64,000 nt of DNA from Fodinibius sp. (GCF_041642155.1 NZ_JBEPWZ010000001.1:3507-67506), one strand, 5' to 3'; counted from the stretch's first letter, positions 44,915 through 54,654 are shown. A program made the numbers and translations. Notes: a model not told the origin generated them from the letters alone.

Positions 44915-46861
44915 ATGGACCTTATTATCGCATTTATAAAAAAATATAAGGAAGCAGTCATCAGCGGCCTGTTGCTTGCCGCGGCGCTAACCGTCCAGTA
45001 CGGTGCCGATTTTCCCAGCCGGCATTACCTGTACCTCCCGTTGTATGGCCTCTCGTACCTGGCAGTAGGGGGACCCGTTTGGCTGAAGGCTTTTTATTCC
45101 ATAAAAGACGGCACAATATTCAGTGAATTCCTGCTAATGGGTATTGCTACCGTCGGGGCTTTTGCCATCGGTGAGTATGCCGAAGGGGTCGCCGTCATGC
45201 TTTTCTATATGATCGGCGAGTATGCCCAGCACGGGGCGGTGCACCGCGCCAAACATTCCATCAGGAAGCTGATCAATCAACAGCCGGATATAGCGGCGGT
45301 CGAACGGGGGGGCTCTACCGAGCAAGTCCATCCCTCAGCAGTTGAAAAGGGGGAGGTTATCCGGGTCAGGCCCGGAGAAAAAGTACCGCTGGACGGCGAA
45401 CTGCTCACGGAAAGAGCCTCCTTTAATACCGCAGCCCTGACGGGGGAATCCAAACCAATGGCACGCAAAGCCGGAGAAGAGGTCTGGGCGGGGTCCATCA
45501 ACCAGGACGTGCCGGCACGTATTAGAGTCACCAGCGATTACGAGGATACCAGGCTGTCCCATATCCTTACCATGGTTCAGGAGGCGGCCCGGCGCAAGGC
45601 ACCCACCCAGCGGTTTATGACAAAGTTTGCAAAAATCTATACCCCGGTGGTCGTGTGGCTGGCGGCAGCACTGACCTTTGTTCCCTATCTCGTTGTGGAT
45701 GATTACGTGTTCCAGGATTGGTTTTATCGTGCACTCATTTTCCTCGTTGTTTCCTGTCCCTGCGGACTGGTTATCTCCATTCCCCTCGGTTACTTTGGCG
45801 GCATTGGTGCGGCCTCGCAAAACGGTATCCTGCTCAAGGGTTCCGACTTCCTGGATCAGCTTCGAAAGATGACGATGCTGTTCATGGACAAAACCGGAAC
45901 CCTTACCGAAGGCACCTTTGAGGTGCGGGAGGTCCACCCCCGGAACGGCTTTGACCGGGAGGAGCTTTTGCGGTTAGCGGCTTCCCTGGAACAGCACTCC
46001 ACTCATCCGATCGCAAAAGCTATTTTGGACTATGCGACCGGACAACCGTTGCAACCGGTGCAGCGGCAGCAGGAGAGTCCGGGCAAGGGGTTGCAGGGAG
46101 AGGTCGGCACGCGCAACATACTGGTAGGAAACAGCGACTGGCTGGCCGAACATGGTGTAACGTACAGCGGAAATGGATTAGATGAAGCCTATACATACGT
46201 GCATGTGGCTATTGAGGGAGTCCACGCCGGAACCATCGGTATTGCCGATCGAATAAAAGACGACAGTAAAAAAGCAATCGAAGAGCTTCGCGGGCTGGGA
46301 ATCAGCGAGCTTATCATGCTGTCCGGCGACAACCAGGAAGTGGTCGATGGGATAGCCCGGAAACTGGGACTGGACAAGGCGTATGGCAATCTGCTACCGG
46401 ACGAAAAATACCGGCATGTGGAGGAGGCGTTGCAACCGGGCCGTACGGTTGGCTTTATCGGGGACGGCGTAAATGATGCCCCGGTCATCACCCTCGCCGA
46501 TATCGGCATCGCCATGGGAGGGATCGGTTCCGATGCCACCGTAGAGACTGCGGACGTCGTCATTCAGACCGACCAGCCGTCCAAAATACCCCTGGCCATC
46601 GATATTGCTCAATTCACGCACCGCGTGGTATGGCAGAACATAGGTTTTGCCCTGGGGATTAAAATCCTGGTCATGGTCATGGCTACGCTGGGGATGGCAA
46701 CTATGTGGGAGGCCATTTTTGCGGATGTGGGAGTCGCCCTCCTCGCTATTGCGAACGCCATCCGCATTCAATACCATTACACGGATGAAGAATTCAGCCT
46801 TAGTCCCCCTGCGGATCCTTCAACAAAAGAAGAACCCGCCCAGGCTGACTGCTGCTGTTAG
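44915..46861 (+). CDS. heavy-metal-translocating P1B-type ATPase (Zn/Cd/Pb-type CPC pump), without N-terminal HMA domain
   Basis: 648 aa. TM CPC motif VSCPCGLVIS, phosphorylation site DKTGTLT, STHPIAKA, GDGVNDAP, Cys-rich tail AQADCCC. Confidence 0.95.
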   Translation: MDLIIAFIKKYKEAVISGLLLAAALTVQYGADFPSRHYLYLPLYGLSYLAVGGPVWLKAFYSIKDGTIFSEFLLMGIATVGAFAIGEYAEGVAVMLFYMIGEYAQHGAVHRAKHSIRKLINQQPDIAAVERGGSTEQVHPSAVEKGEVIRVRPGEKVPLDGELLTERASFNTAALTGESKPMARKAGEEVWAGSINQDVPARIRVTSDYEDTRLSHILTMVQEAARRKAPTQRFMTKFAKIYTPVVVWLAAALTFVPYLVVDDYVFQDWFYRALIFLVVSCPCGLVISIPLGYFGGIGAASQNGILLKGSDFLDQLRKMTMLFMDKTGTLTEGTFEVREVHPRNGFDREELLRLAASLEQHSTHPIAKAILDYATGQPLQPVQRQQESPGKGLQGEVGTRNILVGNSDWLAEHGVTYSGNGLDEAYTYVHVAIEGVHAGTIGIADRIKDDSKKAIEELRGLGISELIMLSGDNQEVVDGIARKLGLDKAYGNLLPDEKYRHVEEALQPGRTVGFIGDGVNDAPVITLADIGIAMGGIGSDATVETADVVIQTDQPSKIPLAIDIAQFTHRVVWQNIGFALGIKILVMVMATLGMATMWEAIFADVGVALLAIANAIRIQYHYTDEEFSLSPPADPSTKEEPAQADCCC

Positions 46862-47036
46862 CAGCGTTGTTTACAATCATGGTGATCAGGAGTATAAATG
46901 TATACTCATATGCTTAACTCCCTTATTCCGGGTATGATAACCGGTCCATCACCCGGCCGTTTTTCGTGCTGATTGCTCTTCGATTCCCACTGGTGAACCA
47001 CTAACAGGCTCACATTATGAATTCTTTACCCCGTTT

Positions 47037-47579
47037 TTAGAATCCGGACAGTATCTTCAAATACTTCTCTTCCATCTCACGGTGCACCGACCAGAATCCC
47101 CGGGGCATCCGATCATTAAGACGGGCGGACAAGATACCCAGGTGCGTATGCCAGCCGCTGGCCACGCTGGCGAGCATATCGGGATCGTCTCCGAGCCGGC
47201 GATGCGTTAATGTCAGCCGGACTTTTTCTCCCTCGGGAGTCAGCTCAAACGTGACTTCCGACTCTTCGCCCGTCCCCTCTCCCCAAGTGTAACTGAGCAG
47301 GCGGGGAGGATCGTACCGGGTAACACGACCGGTAAAACCGGTGCCGTCTTTCATGTGCTTGTATTTGTCGGGCGGCTGTTCATCATGGGGAGAAAGCGTG
47401 TCGTGCCGGAAACGCAGCTCCACCTTCCCGCCCACACGGGGTTCCACCACGCCGGCAGCCAGCCACTTTGCCTTTTTACCGGATTCCGTCAGATAGGCCC
47501 ACACACGCTCGATCGGCCCGGGTAATAGCCGTTCAAATCGAATGGTGCCCGTTTCTGTAAAGATGCCGTAATTATTCAT
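47037..47579 (-). CDS. SRPBCC-superfamily protein (AHSA1/START-like)
   Basis: 180 aa. IRFERLLPGPIERVWAYLTES...RLTLTHRRL pattern of Aha1-like SRPBCC proteins. Confidence 0.8.
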   Translation of the reverse strand: MNNYGIFTETGTIRFERLLPGPIERVWAYLTESGKKAKWLAAGVVEPRVGGKVELRFRHDTLSPHDEQPPDKYKHMKDGTGFTGRVTRYDPPRLLSYTWGEGTGEESEVTFELTPEGEKVRLTLTHRRLGDDPDMLASVASGWHTHLGILSARLNDRMPRGFWSVHREMEEKYLKILSGF

Positions 47580-47682
47580 TGTTATTTTTCATTTTATTAT
47601 TGAACTGCGTGCAAAAAAAAGAGCTTTACACGACATTAAACGGAGGCTTTCTGTATGGTTCCCGGTACCTGTCCCGAGTTGC

Positions 47683-48102
47683 TTACTCAAAATTTAACGG
47701 CCCGAAATTCAACTGCCAGGAGACCCCGAGCCGGTCGTTTACCCAGCCGAACCTGGTGCTGAATCCATAGTTGTCGAGCGGCATCGCCACTTCGCCGCCA
47801 TCACTCAGCTTGTCGAATAGTGCTTTAAGCTCTTCTTCCGAATCGCATTCAACAAACAACGATATAGAGGGGGTGAACGTAAAATCATGCTCAATATAAC
47901 TATCGAATGCCATGTATCGTCGCCCCTTCAGGGTAAATACGGCATTCTGCACGGTGCCTTCGGCTTCCGGCCCTCCCGGTCCCCCGGGCCCGTATTTTTT
48001 GATTCTCACAATTTCAGAGTCATCGAAAAGTGATATGTAAAAGGTTATCGCTTCTTCTGCGTCGCCTTCAAACATCAGGAAGGTGGTAATTTTTGGATTC
48101 AT
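47683..48102 (-). CDS. VOC-family protein (PhnB-like / 3-demethylubiquinone-9 3-methyltransferase domain)
   Basis: 139 aa. ITTFLMFEGDAEEAITFY...FGWVNDRLGVSWQL is typical of PF06983. Confidence 0.8.
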   Translation of the reverse strand: MNPKITTFLMFEGDAEEAITFYISLFDDSEIVRIKKYGPGGPGGPEAEGTVQNAVFTLKGRRYMAFDSYIEHDFTFTPSISLFVECDSEEELKALFDKLSDGGEVAMPLDNYGFSTRFGWVNDRLGVSWQLNFGPLNFE

Positions 48103-48153
48103 GTCTTGGGTGTTTTATGGGTTGGGTGTCCATCTTGCATAGAATTATTTTTT

Positions 48154-48567
48154 TCAACTACCTATTAATAGTTTGTTCAGTTTGCCGAGCATATAACTCA
48201 AGCCCTCTTGGGTACGGTCTTTATATTCTTCCCATTTGGGATCCAAGGTGTGAACGAGAGTCAGCCGGCATCCGCTTTCAGCAGGTAGAATCGTGATAGT
48301 CACTACGCTCTCATCTCCGGCCTCAACATCAACACCCCAGGTGAAAACCAGCCGGTTCGGGCGTTGAATTTCCCGATAGGTGCCCATATGGTTGATTCTC
48401 TGGCCATCCCGGTCCACTACATAAGAGAACTGTCCGCCTTCCCATTCCAGGGTTTTCCAAGGTTCAACCCGGCCGCTGCTTTTAGTGAACCAGAATGTTG
48501 AAGTGATATCCGGATTGATCATCGCTTCAAAAACCTCTTCAACGGGCTTTCGGATAAGCATTTGCAC
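48154..48567 (-). CDS. SRPBCC-superfamily protein (AHSA1-like)
   Basis: 137 aa. IRKPVEEVFEAMINPDITSTFWF...CRLTLVHTL. Confidence 0.75.
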   Translation of the reverse strand: MQMLIRKPVEEVFEAMINPDITSTFWFTKSSGRVEPWKTLEWEGGQFSYVVDRDGQRINHMGTYREIQRPNRLVFTWGVDVEAGDESVVTITILPAESGCRLTLVHTLDPKWEEYKDRTQEGLSYMLGKLNKLLIGS

Positions 48568-48616
48568 TTGTACGAGTGGTGGATTTTGTGTACTTATAAA
48601 ACTGTCTGTTTATCGA

Positions 48617-48940
48617 TTAGTCATTTTTGTTGTTGTCTTCCTCGGCCAAAGCCGCTTCCAGGGCATCCAGCTTTTGAGACCAGAATCTGTGATAGCGTGC
48701 CGTCCATTCCGCCACCTCTCGCAGCTTGCGGGGATCGGACCGGTATAACCGTTTACGGCCCTTTTTTCGAATCACGACCAATCCACACTCATCCAGAATC
48801 TTCAGATGCTTGGAAACAGCCGGCCGCGACATTTCAAAGTTACTGGCTACATCTTTAACCGGAAGCGACTGATCCGCCAGCAGATCGATAATCTCACGCC
48901 GCGTCGGATCGGCGATGGCCTGGAAAACATCTCGTTGCAT
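48617..48940 (-). CDS. ArsR/SmtB-family transcriptional regulator (no CxC metal site)
   Basis: 107 aa. VFQAIADPTRREIIDLL...VKDVASNFEMSRPAVSKHLKILDECGLV winged HTH. Confidence 0.9.
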   Translation of the reverse strand: MQRDVFQAIADPTRREIIDLLADQSLPVKDVASNFEMSRPAVSKHLKILDECGLVVIRKKGRKRLYRSDPRKLREVAEWTARYHRFWSQKLDALEAALAEEDNNKND

Positions 48941-48966
48941 ATATATCAGGGATTAAGCATATTTAC

Positions 48967-49008
48967 GTAACTGTTCGGTTACTAATTTACATGTAACTGA
49001 TCAGTTAC
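48967..49008. promoter_or_regulatory. two 16-bp palindromes, candidate ArsR-family operators
   Basis: GTAACTGTTCGGTTAC (48967-48982) and the perfect palindrome GTAACTGATCAGTTAC (48993-49008) lie 27 and 53 nt upstream of the arsR-like start codon. Confidence 0.5.
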
Positions 49009-49249
49009 GCAAATCTTTTTTCGTCTGACAAACTATTTCCGTTGAATTATTCTGCCAGGAGCAACCAGAATCAACGGTGATAAACGCCCCCAAACATACC
49101 GTATGGGGGATATCGCTGATAGATGGGGAAACCCAAATCCGGACCGTGAAAAGTATGTCAAATATGCTATCTTTTACCGATGGTAACTGTAGCTTCCTAT
49201 TTTGCATAGCACAAAGCAGCGGTGTAAGAAAGTAAGACCCCCATTTATT

Positions 49250-51397
49250 ATGAATTGCCCTAAGTCATTATTACTTCTTTTGATGTCAGCCTCAATCATT
49301 TCATGCGACGTTAAACAATCCCAACAAGAAGTTGCTCCTGTCGAGTTAAAATCCTATCCCCGGACTGACAAGAATACAACGGTGGTGGATGATTATTTTG
49401 GCACAGAGGTGCCCGATCCCTACCGCTGGCTGGAAAATGATACCTCGGCGGCCACCGCCAAATGGGTAGAAGCGCAAAACGAAGTGACCTTTGACTATCT
49501 CTCGCAAATCTCTTTCCGATCTCCACTTCGGGAGCGTATTGAAGAGTTATGGAACTATGAAAAATACAGCGCCCCGTTCAAAGAGGGCGGGTGGACATAC
49601 TTCTATAAAAACGACGGGCTGCAAAATCATTCGGTGCTCTATCGCCAGCAGGACGATAGCGAGCCGGAGGTATTTCTGGATCCCAATACGTTTTCCGAAG
49701 ATGGAACCACCTCGCTGGCCGGCATCAGCTTTACCAAAGACGGAAGCCAGGCGGCTTATATGATCTCCGAGGGCGGTTCGGACTGGCGCAAGGCGATCGT
49801 TGTGGATACGGAAACCAAAGAGCAGGTCGGTGATACGCTGAGAGATCTCAAATTTACAGGTATCGCCTGGAAAGGAAACGAGGGCTTCTACTACAGCAGC
49901 TACGACAAACCCGATGAAGGCAGCGCCCTTTCAGCCATGACGGACCAGCATACACTGTATTATCATGAGCTGGGTACGCTCCAAAGTGAAGACAAATTGA
50001 TTTTCGGAGGCTCCGAAACACCCCGGCGGTATATCGGGGCATCAGTAACGGAAGACCAGCGTTTCCTGGTTATTTCCGCCGCCCACTCAACCAGCGGAAA
50101 CGAGCTTTATATTAAGGATCTCAGCAATCCGGATAGCCCGATTATGCCAGTGGTTAAGAATATGGACCACGAACACAGCGTCCTTGCCAGCGAGGGCGAT
50201 ACCCTGTACATTCAGACAAATCTCGATGCTCCCAATGAGCGCGTGATAACGGCGGAGGCAGCCGATCCGGGCCCTGAAAACTGGACTGACCTTATTCCGG
50301 AGACCGACAACGTATTGGATGCTTCTACCGGAGGGGGCAAGATTTTTGCTCATTACCTGGAGGACGCCACTTCTCTGGTGCAGCAATACGGAATGGATGG
50401 AGAGCTGGAGCGTACGATTGATCTTCCGGGCATGGGGTCGGCCCGGGGATTTAGCACAAAGAGAGAGGAAGACGAACTGTACTATACGTTTACCTCTTAT
50501 ATTTATCCGCCGACGATTTTCCACTATGATATTGCCTCGGGAGCGTCCGAAGTATACAAGGAATCCGGCGTGGACTTTGATCCGGAGCAGTACGAATCGA
50601 AGCAGGTGTTTTTCACCTCCAGGGACGGCACCCGCGTTCCTATGATTATCACGCACAAAAAAGGAGTGGAACGCAATGGCGAAAACCCTGCCCTCTTATA
50701 CGGATATGGCGGATTTAACATCAGTCTCACCGCTTCTTTCAGCGTGGCTAATATCATCTTACTGGAAAACGGCGGCATTTATGCCGTTCCCAACCTGCGG
50801 GGCGGTGGAGAGTATGGCAAAGAGTGGCATGAAGCCGGCACCAGGATGGACAAGCAAAATGTGTTCGATGATTTTATCGCCGCCGCCGAGTATCTGATTG
50901 ATAACAACTATACGTCGTCCGAGTACCTGGGTATTTCGGGACGTTCAAACGGGGGGCTGCTCGTGGGAGCTGCGATGACGCAGCGTCCCGATCTCTTTAA
51001 AGTCGCCTTGCCCGGCGTAGGCGTGCTGGATATGCTGCGCTATCACCAGTTTACGGCCGGGGCGGGCTGGGCATCGGATTATGGTACCGTCGATGACTCG
51101 GAAGAGATGTTTAAGTACCTCTACGATTATTCGCCCTATCATTCGCTGGAACCCGGCACGGAATATCCGGCAACGCTTGTCACGACGGCCGACCACGATG
51201 ACCGGGTGGTGCCGGCACATTCGTTCAAATTTGCCGCCCGTCTTCAGGAATACCATGAGGGGGAAAACCCGGTGCTTATCCGTATCGAAACCAAAGCGGG
51301 TCACGGCGCCGGCAAACCGACCTCCATGGTTATTGTCGAGCATGCTGATACCTGGTCCTTTTTCTTCCAGAATGTTGGTGTGGCTCCCGGGTATTAG
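49250..51397 (+). CDS. prolyl oligopeptidase (S9A) lipoprotein
   Basis: Lipobox SASIISC. N-terminal propeller region DPYRWLEND. Catalytic GRSNGGLL Ser motif, C-terminal DDRV...AGHG. ORF is open from 49202. Confidence 0.9.
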   Translation: MNCPKSLLLLLMSASIISCDVKQSQQEVAPVELKSYPRTDKNTTVVDDYFGTEVPDPYRWLENDTSAATAKWVEAQNEVTFDYLSQISFRSPLRERIEELWNYEKYSAPFKEGGWTYFYKNDGLQNHSVLYRQQDDSEPEVFLDPNTFSEDGTTSLAGISFTKDGSQAAYMISEGGSDWRKAIVVDTETKEQVGDTLRDLKFTGIAWKGNEGFYYSSYDKPDEGSALSAMTDQHTLYYHELGTLQSEDKLIFGGSETPRRYIGASVTEDQRFLVISAAHSTSGNELYIKDLSNPDSPIMPVVKNMDHEHSVLASEGDTLYIQTNLDAPNERVITAEAADPGPENWTDLIPETDNVLDASTGGGKIFAHYLEDATSLVQQYGMDGELERTIDLPGMGSARGFSTKREEDELYYTFTSYIYPPTIFHYDIASGASEVYKESGVDFDPEQYESKQVFFTSRDGTRVPMIITHKKGVERNGENPALLYGYGGFNISLTASFSVANIILLENGGIYAVPNLRGGGEYGKEWHEAGTRMDKQNVFDDFIAAAEYLIDNNYTSSEYLGISGRSNGGLLVGAAMTQRPDLFKVALPGVGVLDMLRYHQFTAGAGWASDYGTVDDSEEMFKYLYDYSPYHSLEPGTEYPATLVTTADHDDRVVPAHSFKFAARLQEYHEGENPVLIRIETKAGHGAGKPTSMVIVEHADTWSFFFQNVGVAPGY

Positions 51398-51588
51398 GAG
51401 TAAGGTGTTGAAAACTATCCCAAAGGGATACCGGAAAATATAATTTTCTGCCTGTTTCAAGCTACCTGACCTTTGAAATTTTTTTCACAATAGGGTCCAC
51501 GCTTGAAACAACGTTGATCAATATCGACGCTTATCGCCACTGGATATTGAATAGGTCAACCATTTTATAAGTTATCTTACAGATTTCT

Positions 51589-53025
51589 TCACTTTCCCAT
51601 TCCATATTGCTGTCCGGGCAGCAGGGGCTGCAGCCAGGCCATCTCCTGTTCTCCTTCCACAAAGTAGTTTTCTTTACGTTTCGAGGAGATCACTTTGGCC
51701 CGTACATACAGCTCATCTCCCTGAAACTCATAGCTTGCCTCATTACCTGTCGTCTCCTGCAGTACCGTCCCGATATTTTCGCTGTATTGCCGGGTTCGGT
51801 CTTCCCGCACCTGGCCCTCCGCATCCACATACGGTTCACTCGACGGGTCGTATCCCTCACGGGTGCCGATAAAGCGGATCGTATATTCCACATCCTCTTC
51901 CGGATCGACCTTTACCGTGTACCTGCTGCCGTCCGAATAGATCTCCTGCATTTCCACACCACTGCTGGCATAAAAATCCCCTTTTTCCAGTGCGCGCACG
52001 ATATGTTCGGGCGTAAGGTATCGCGACCGGACCCTGACCCATCCTCTGCCAGGCCTCGCCGTCTCGGAATCACTTTCTTCATAGTGGTGGGCATCGTCAA
52101 CCGCTAGCCCGTAAACCGGGGGGAGATCGAGTTCTCCCAGCCGTCTAGTCAGCACAATGTCCCACACCCGGTCCAATCCCTTACTACCGTCATCGCTGCC
52201 AAAGTTGAGAACCCCTCGATGCCCGTTATAGACCTCAAAGAGCCGCAGGTTTTCGACCGGGGCCATGTCTTCCGCAGTGACTGCCTGGCCAAAATTGGGG
52301 TGATTCAGATGGGGTAGCATGTCCCGTCCCGTTTCCTTGCGCTGCTCCATTACCGCATCCATATTAAGGCGGATCGTCTCTTCGACGGTCTCCCCGCTCC
52401 GGGGCTCAATAAGGTCCCTGATATTGGTCGCGTTTACATGGATCACATGCTGGCTTTCGGTAATCTCCTCGGAATCAATCAGCTGAAACCGGCCGGATTG
52501 CTCAAACAGGGCCCGAACCTCGTCCAGGGGCTTGAGTCGTACCTCCAGCTCGCCATCCACCTGGCGGGTTTCCACCCACTCATCACCGAACCGCTCCCGG
52601 TACAGCTCATAGACCTCCATACCGCCGCCCCTCCCGGCAAGCGGGTTGGTTTCGGGATTGATCCATCTTTTCCCCCGCTGCAGGATGTTGTGATCGGAGA
52701 GCGCAAGGAAGTGATAGCCGTGTTCATAATACCACTGGGTCGCCACCTCCGGAAACTGGTCGCCATCGCTCCAGAGTGTATGGGTATGCAGGTTGCCCTT
52801 CCACCAGTAATAGCCGTTTTCATCCGGCTCAGGGGGATCGTACTGTCCCGCGTCAGAACGAAAACTATAGTCGACCTTCTTGTGCGTGTGGTCAGCGGTG
52901 TGCTCATGGTCGTGGTTGTGGTCATACTCATGAGTATGACCGCTCTGTCCGCACACCACCTCTGCCTGCAGCAAAAGCACCAGACCGCCAAGGGCGGACA
53001 TCAAAATAACAAATGACTGTTTCAT
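51589..53025 (-). CDS. secreted PHP-domain (CehA/McbA-like) metallohydrolase with His-rich N-terminal tract
   Basis: 478 aa. Signal peptide MKQSFVILMSALGGLVLLLQAEV, His-rich GHTHEYDHNHDHEHTADHTHKK, PHP motif GNLHTHTLWSDGD...ALSDHN. Confidence 0.7.
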   Translation of the reverse strand: MKQSFVILMSALGGLVLLLQAEVVCGQSGHTHEYDHNHDHEHTADHTHKKVDYSFRSDAGQYDPPEPDENGYYWWKGNLHTHTLWSDGDQFPEVATQWYYEHGYHFLALSDHNILQRGKRWINPETNPLAGRGGGMEVYELYRERFGDEWVETRQVDGELEVRLKPLDEVRALFEQSGRFQLIDSEEITESQHVIHVNATNIRDLIEPRSGETVEETIRLNMDAVMEQRKETGRDMLPHLNHPNFGQAVTAEDMAPVENLRLFEVYNGHRGVLNFGSDDGSKGLDRVWDIVLTRRLGELDLPPVYGLAVDDAHHYEESDSETARPGRGWVRVRSRYLTPEHIVRALEKGDFYASSGVEMQEIYSDGSRYTVKVDPEEDVEYTIRFIGTREGYDPSSEPYVDAEGQVREDRTRQYSENIGTVLQETTGNEASYEFQGDELYVRAKVISSKRKENYFVEGEQEMAWLQPLLPGQQYGMGK

Positions 53026-53079
53026 AGCTGTTTTTTATAACTTTATTGGATATTGCTAGTTAAAAGAACTTCTATAGGG

Positions 53080-53214
53080 CTTTGCAAAGCTGTTCTTGTG
53101 GGCAAGCTCTGTATTTTCGCGAATTCAGAATCCTCATTTATGCCTTATATTCAGCTGTTTTGAATGTGCTCAGACTTTGATATTTCCCGATACTTCGGGA
53201 CTGGTTTTTCAAAG
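53080..53214 (-). repeat. 135-bp hairpin-containing upstream cassette, copy P (5' of PHP-domain gene)
   Basis: The reverse complement of 53175-53214 is CTTTGAAAAACCAGTCCCGAAGTATCGGGAAATATCAAAG (38/40 identical to copy A). Proximal palindromic box CTTTGCAAAG is at 53080-53089, 54 nt from the start codon. Confidence 0.8.
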
Positions 53215-53401
53215 TTCTCTGCTGTTTTATTCACCAGTCCAGAATGGATTGGTCCTCCGCCCTGATGGTCGTGGAATAGAAAAGATAATTTCAGGATGGT
53301 AACCCGGCCAAACTAATCACAATGGGTAGTCAAAATAAAATAAATAATAAAGGACTATCAGGTCCTGCAACCCCATGTAACTTTGAGCCGTGACGGGCAT
53401 C

Positions 53402-54340
53402 CTACTTGTTCGCGCTTTTTCCACCGAGACTCATGGTGGGATAATCAGACATCGCATATGTTACCCGGGCATTTTTATTGATATCGGTTACCTTCATAAC
53501 GGTCTTGTCCCCGCTTTGCCGGTCTTCGGAGGTCATTTCCATCATCATGCCGTAGGGATAGTTGTCCGGAATTTTGCCCCTCACCTGCTTGGCATTGGCG
53601 TTCGCCTTGAACATATTCTGCATTCCAAGCGTCTCATCCCGGCTCACCCACACTTCGACTACGCCATCGCTGTTTTCCGACCGGTAGCCATCACATTCAT
53701 AGCCCTGAATAGTTTTGTTTCCGATTTTGGTGTACCCCTGCCACTCGTCTACTTCATCCCAGTCTGTTTCTTCCGCCTGACGGGTTTCGGCACTGCTCTC
53801 TGGATGTTCCAACGCCTGTTTCCAGTCGTAGGCAAAAGAAAATTTGTCATTTTCATTTTCCATCAGCATCAGCATGGCGGCGTTGTTAAAATCATAGACA
53901 ATAAACAGGTCTCCCTCATCCTGACTCATGCCCTCCCCGGAAAAAAAAGTGCCGGTATACCTTTCGTCTGTATTGAAATGCATCTCCATGACGACCGGCG
54001 GGTCGGACTCCCCATCTTCTCTAATGGTTTCAATTTCCATCGTCGTAATGGTGTCAAAATGATAGGCATCCTCTGTTTCCACATTGCTGCCCATAGAAAA
54101 AGGTACGCCCATGCCCCCGTACGCGCTGTCGGAGGATATATCCCCGAAAACAGCATTCCACGAATCCTCCACCATCTGGCGGGAAGCTTTTTCTACCTGG
54201 TCGCTTAGCTTTTCTTCCGCTTTTTTCGATGCTGCCTCTTTCGCCTTGTCCTTCAGCCGGTTGAATAGCTGGGCTTCAGCATCAATAACAAAGGTGACCG
54301 ACATCAGGCTGGCTGCCAGTATTATAATAAGATATCTCAT
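53402..54340 (-). CDS. secreted acidic protein, DUF4412-like (function unknown)
   Basis: Signal peptide MRYLIIILAASLMSVTFVIDAEAQ from the Met at 54340 (ORF open to 54454). The GYECDGYRSENSDGVVEVWVS block is reminiscent of DUF4412. The antisense ORF 53390-54208 was rejected. Confidence 0.5.
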   Translation of the reverse strand: MRYLIIILAASLMSVTFVIDAEAQLFNRLKDKAKEAASKKAEEKLSDQVEKASRQMVEDSWNAVFGDISSDSAYGGMGVPFSMGSNVETEDAYHFDTITTMEIETIREDGESDPPVVMEMHFNTDERYTGTFFSGEGMSQDEGDLFIVYDFNNAAMLMLMENENDKFSFAYDWKQALEHPESSAETRQAEETDWDEVDEWQGYTKIGNKTIQGYECDGYRSENSDGVVEVWVSRDETLGMQNMFKANANAKQVRGKIPDNYPYGMMMEMTSEDRQSGDKTVMKVTDINKNARVTYAMSDYPTMSLGGKSANK

Positions 54341-54370
54341 GATATACTCTCTTTTTTTAATTTTTGAGAG

Positions 54371-54505
54371 CTTTGCAAAACCGTTCTTTTGACCAATTCC
54401 GGCGTTATCGATCGGTTGAAGTCCCCACATATAGGGTATATGCTGCGATTCCAACCTCCCCGAGGCCTTGACTTTTCCCGATGCTTCGGGACTGATTTTG
54501 CAAAG
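54371..54505 (-). repeat. 135-bp hairpin-containing upstream cassette, copy Q (5' of DUF4412-like gene)
   Basis: The reverse complement of 54466-54505 is CTTTGCAAAATCAGTCCCGAAGCATCGGGAAAAGTCAAGG (34/40 identical to copy A). Proximal box CTTTGCAAAA is at 54371-54380, 30 nt from the start codon. The proximal flank CAAAGCTCTC is shared with copy A. Confidence 0.8.
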
Positions 54506-54654
54506 ATTCTCATTCTTTTGAACCTGTAATCTACAAAAGATACGATTAAATAAAAGACAAATTGTCGGGTATCACTAAAATATCACTACCTTTGCCACTG
54601 CAACACATAATTTCGGTTCTTTGACGTTAAATTATTTTGTATCTTTCATTACTT

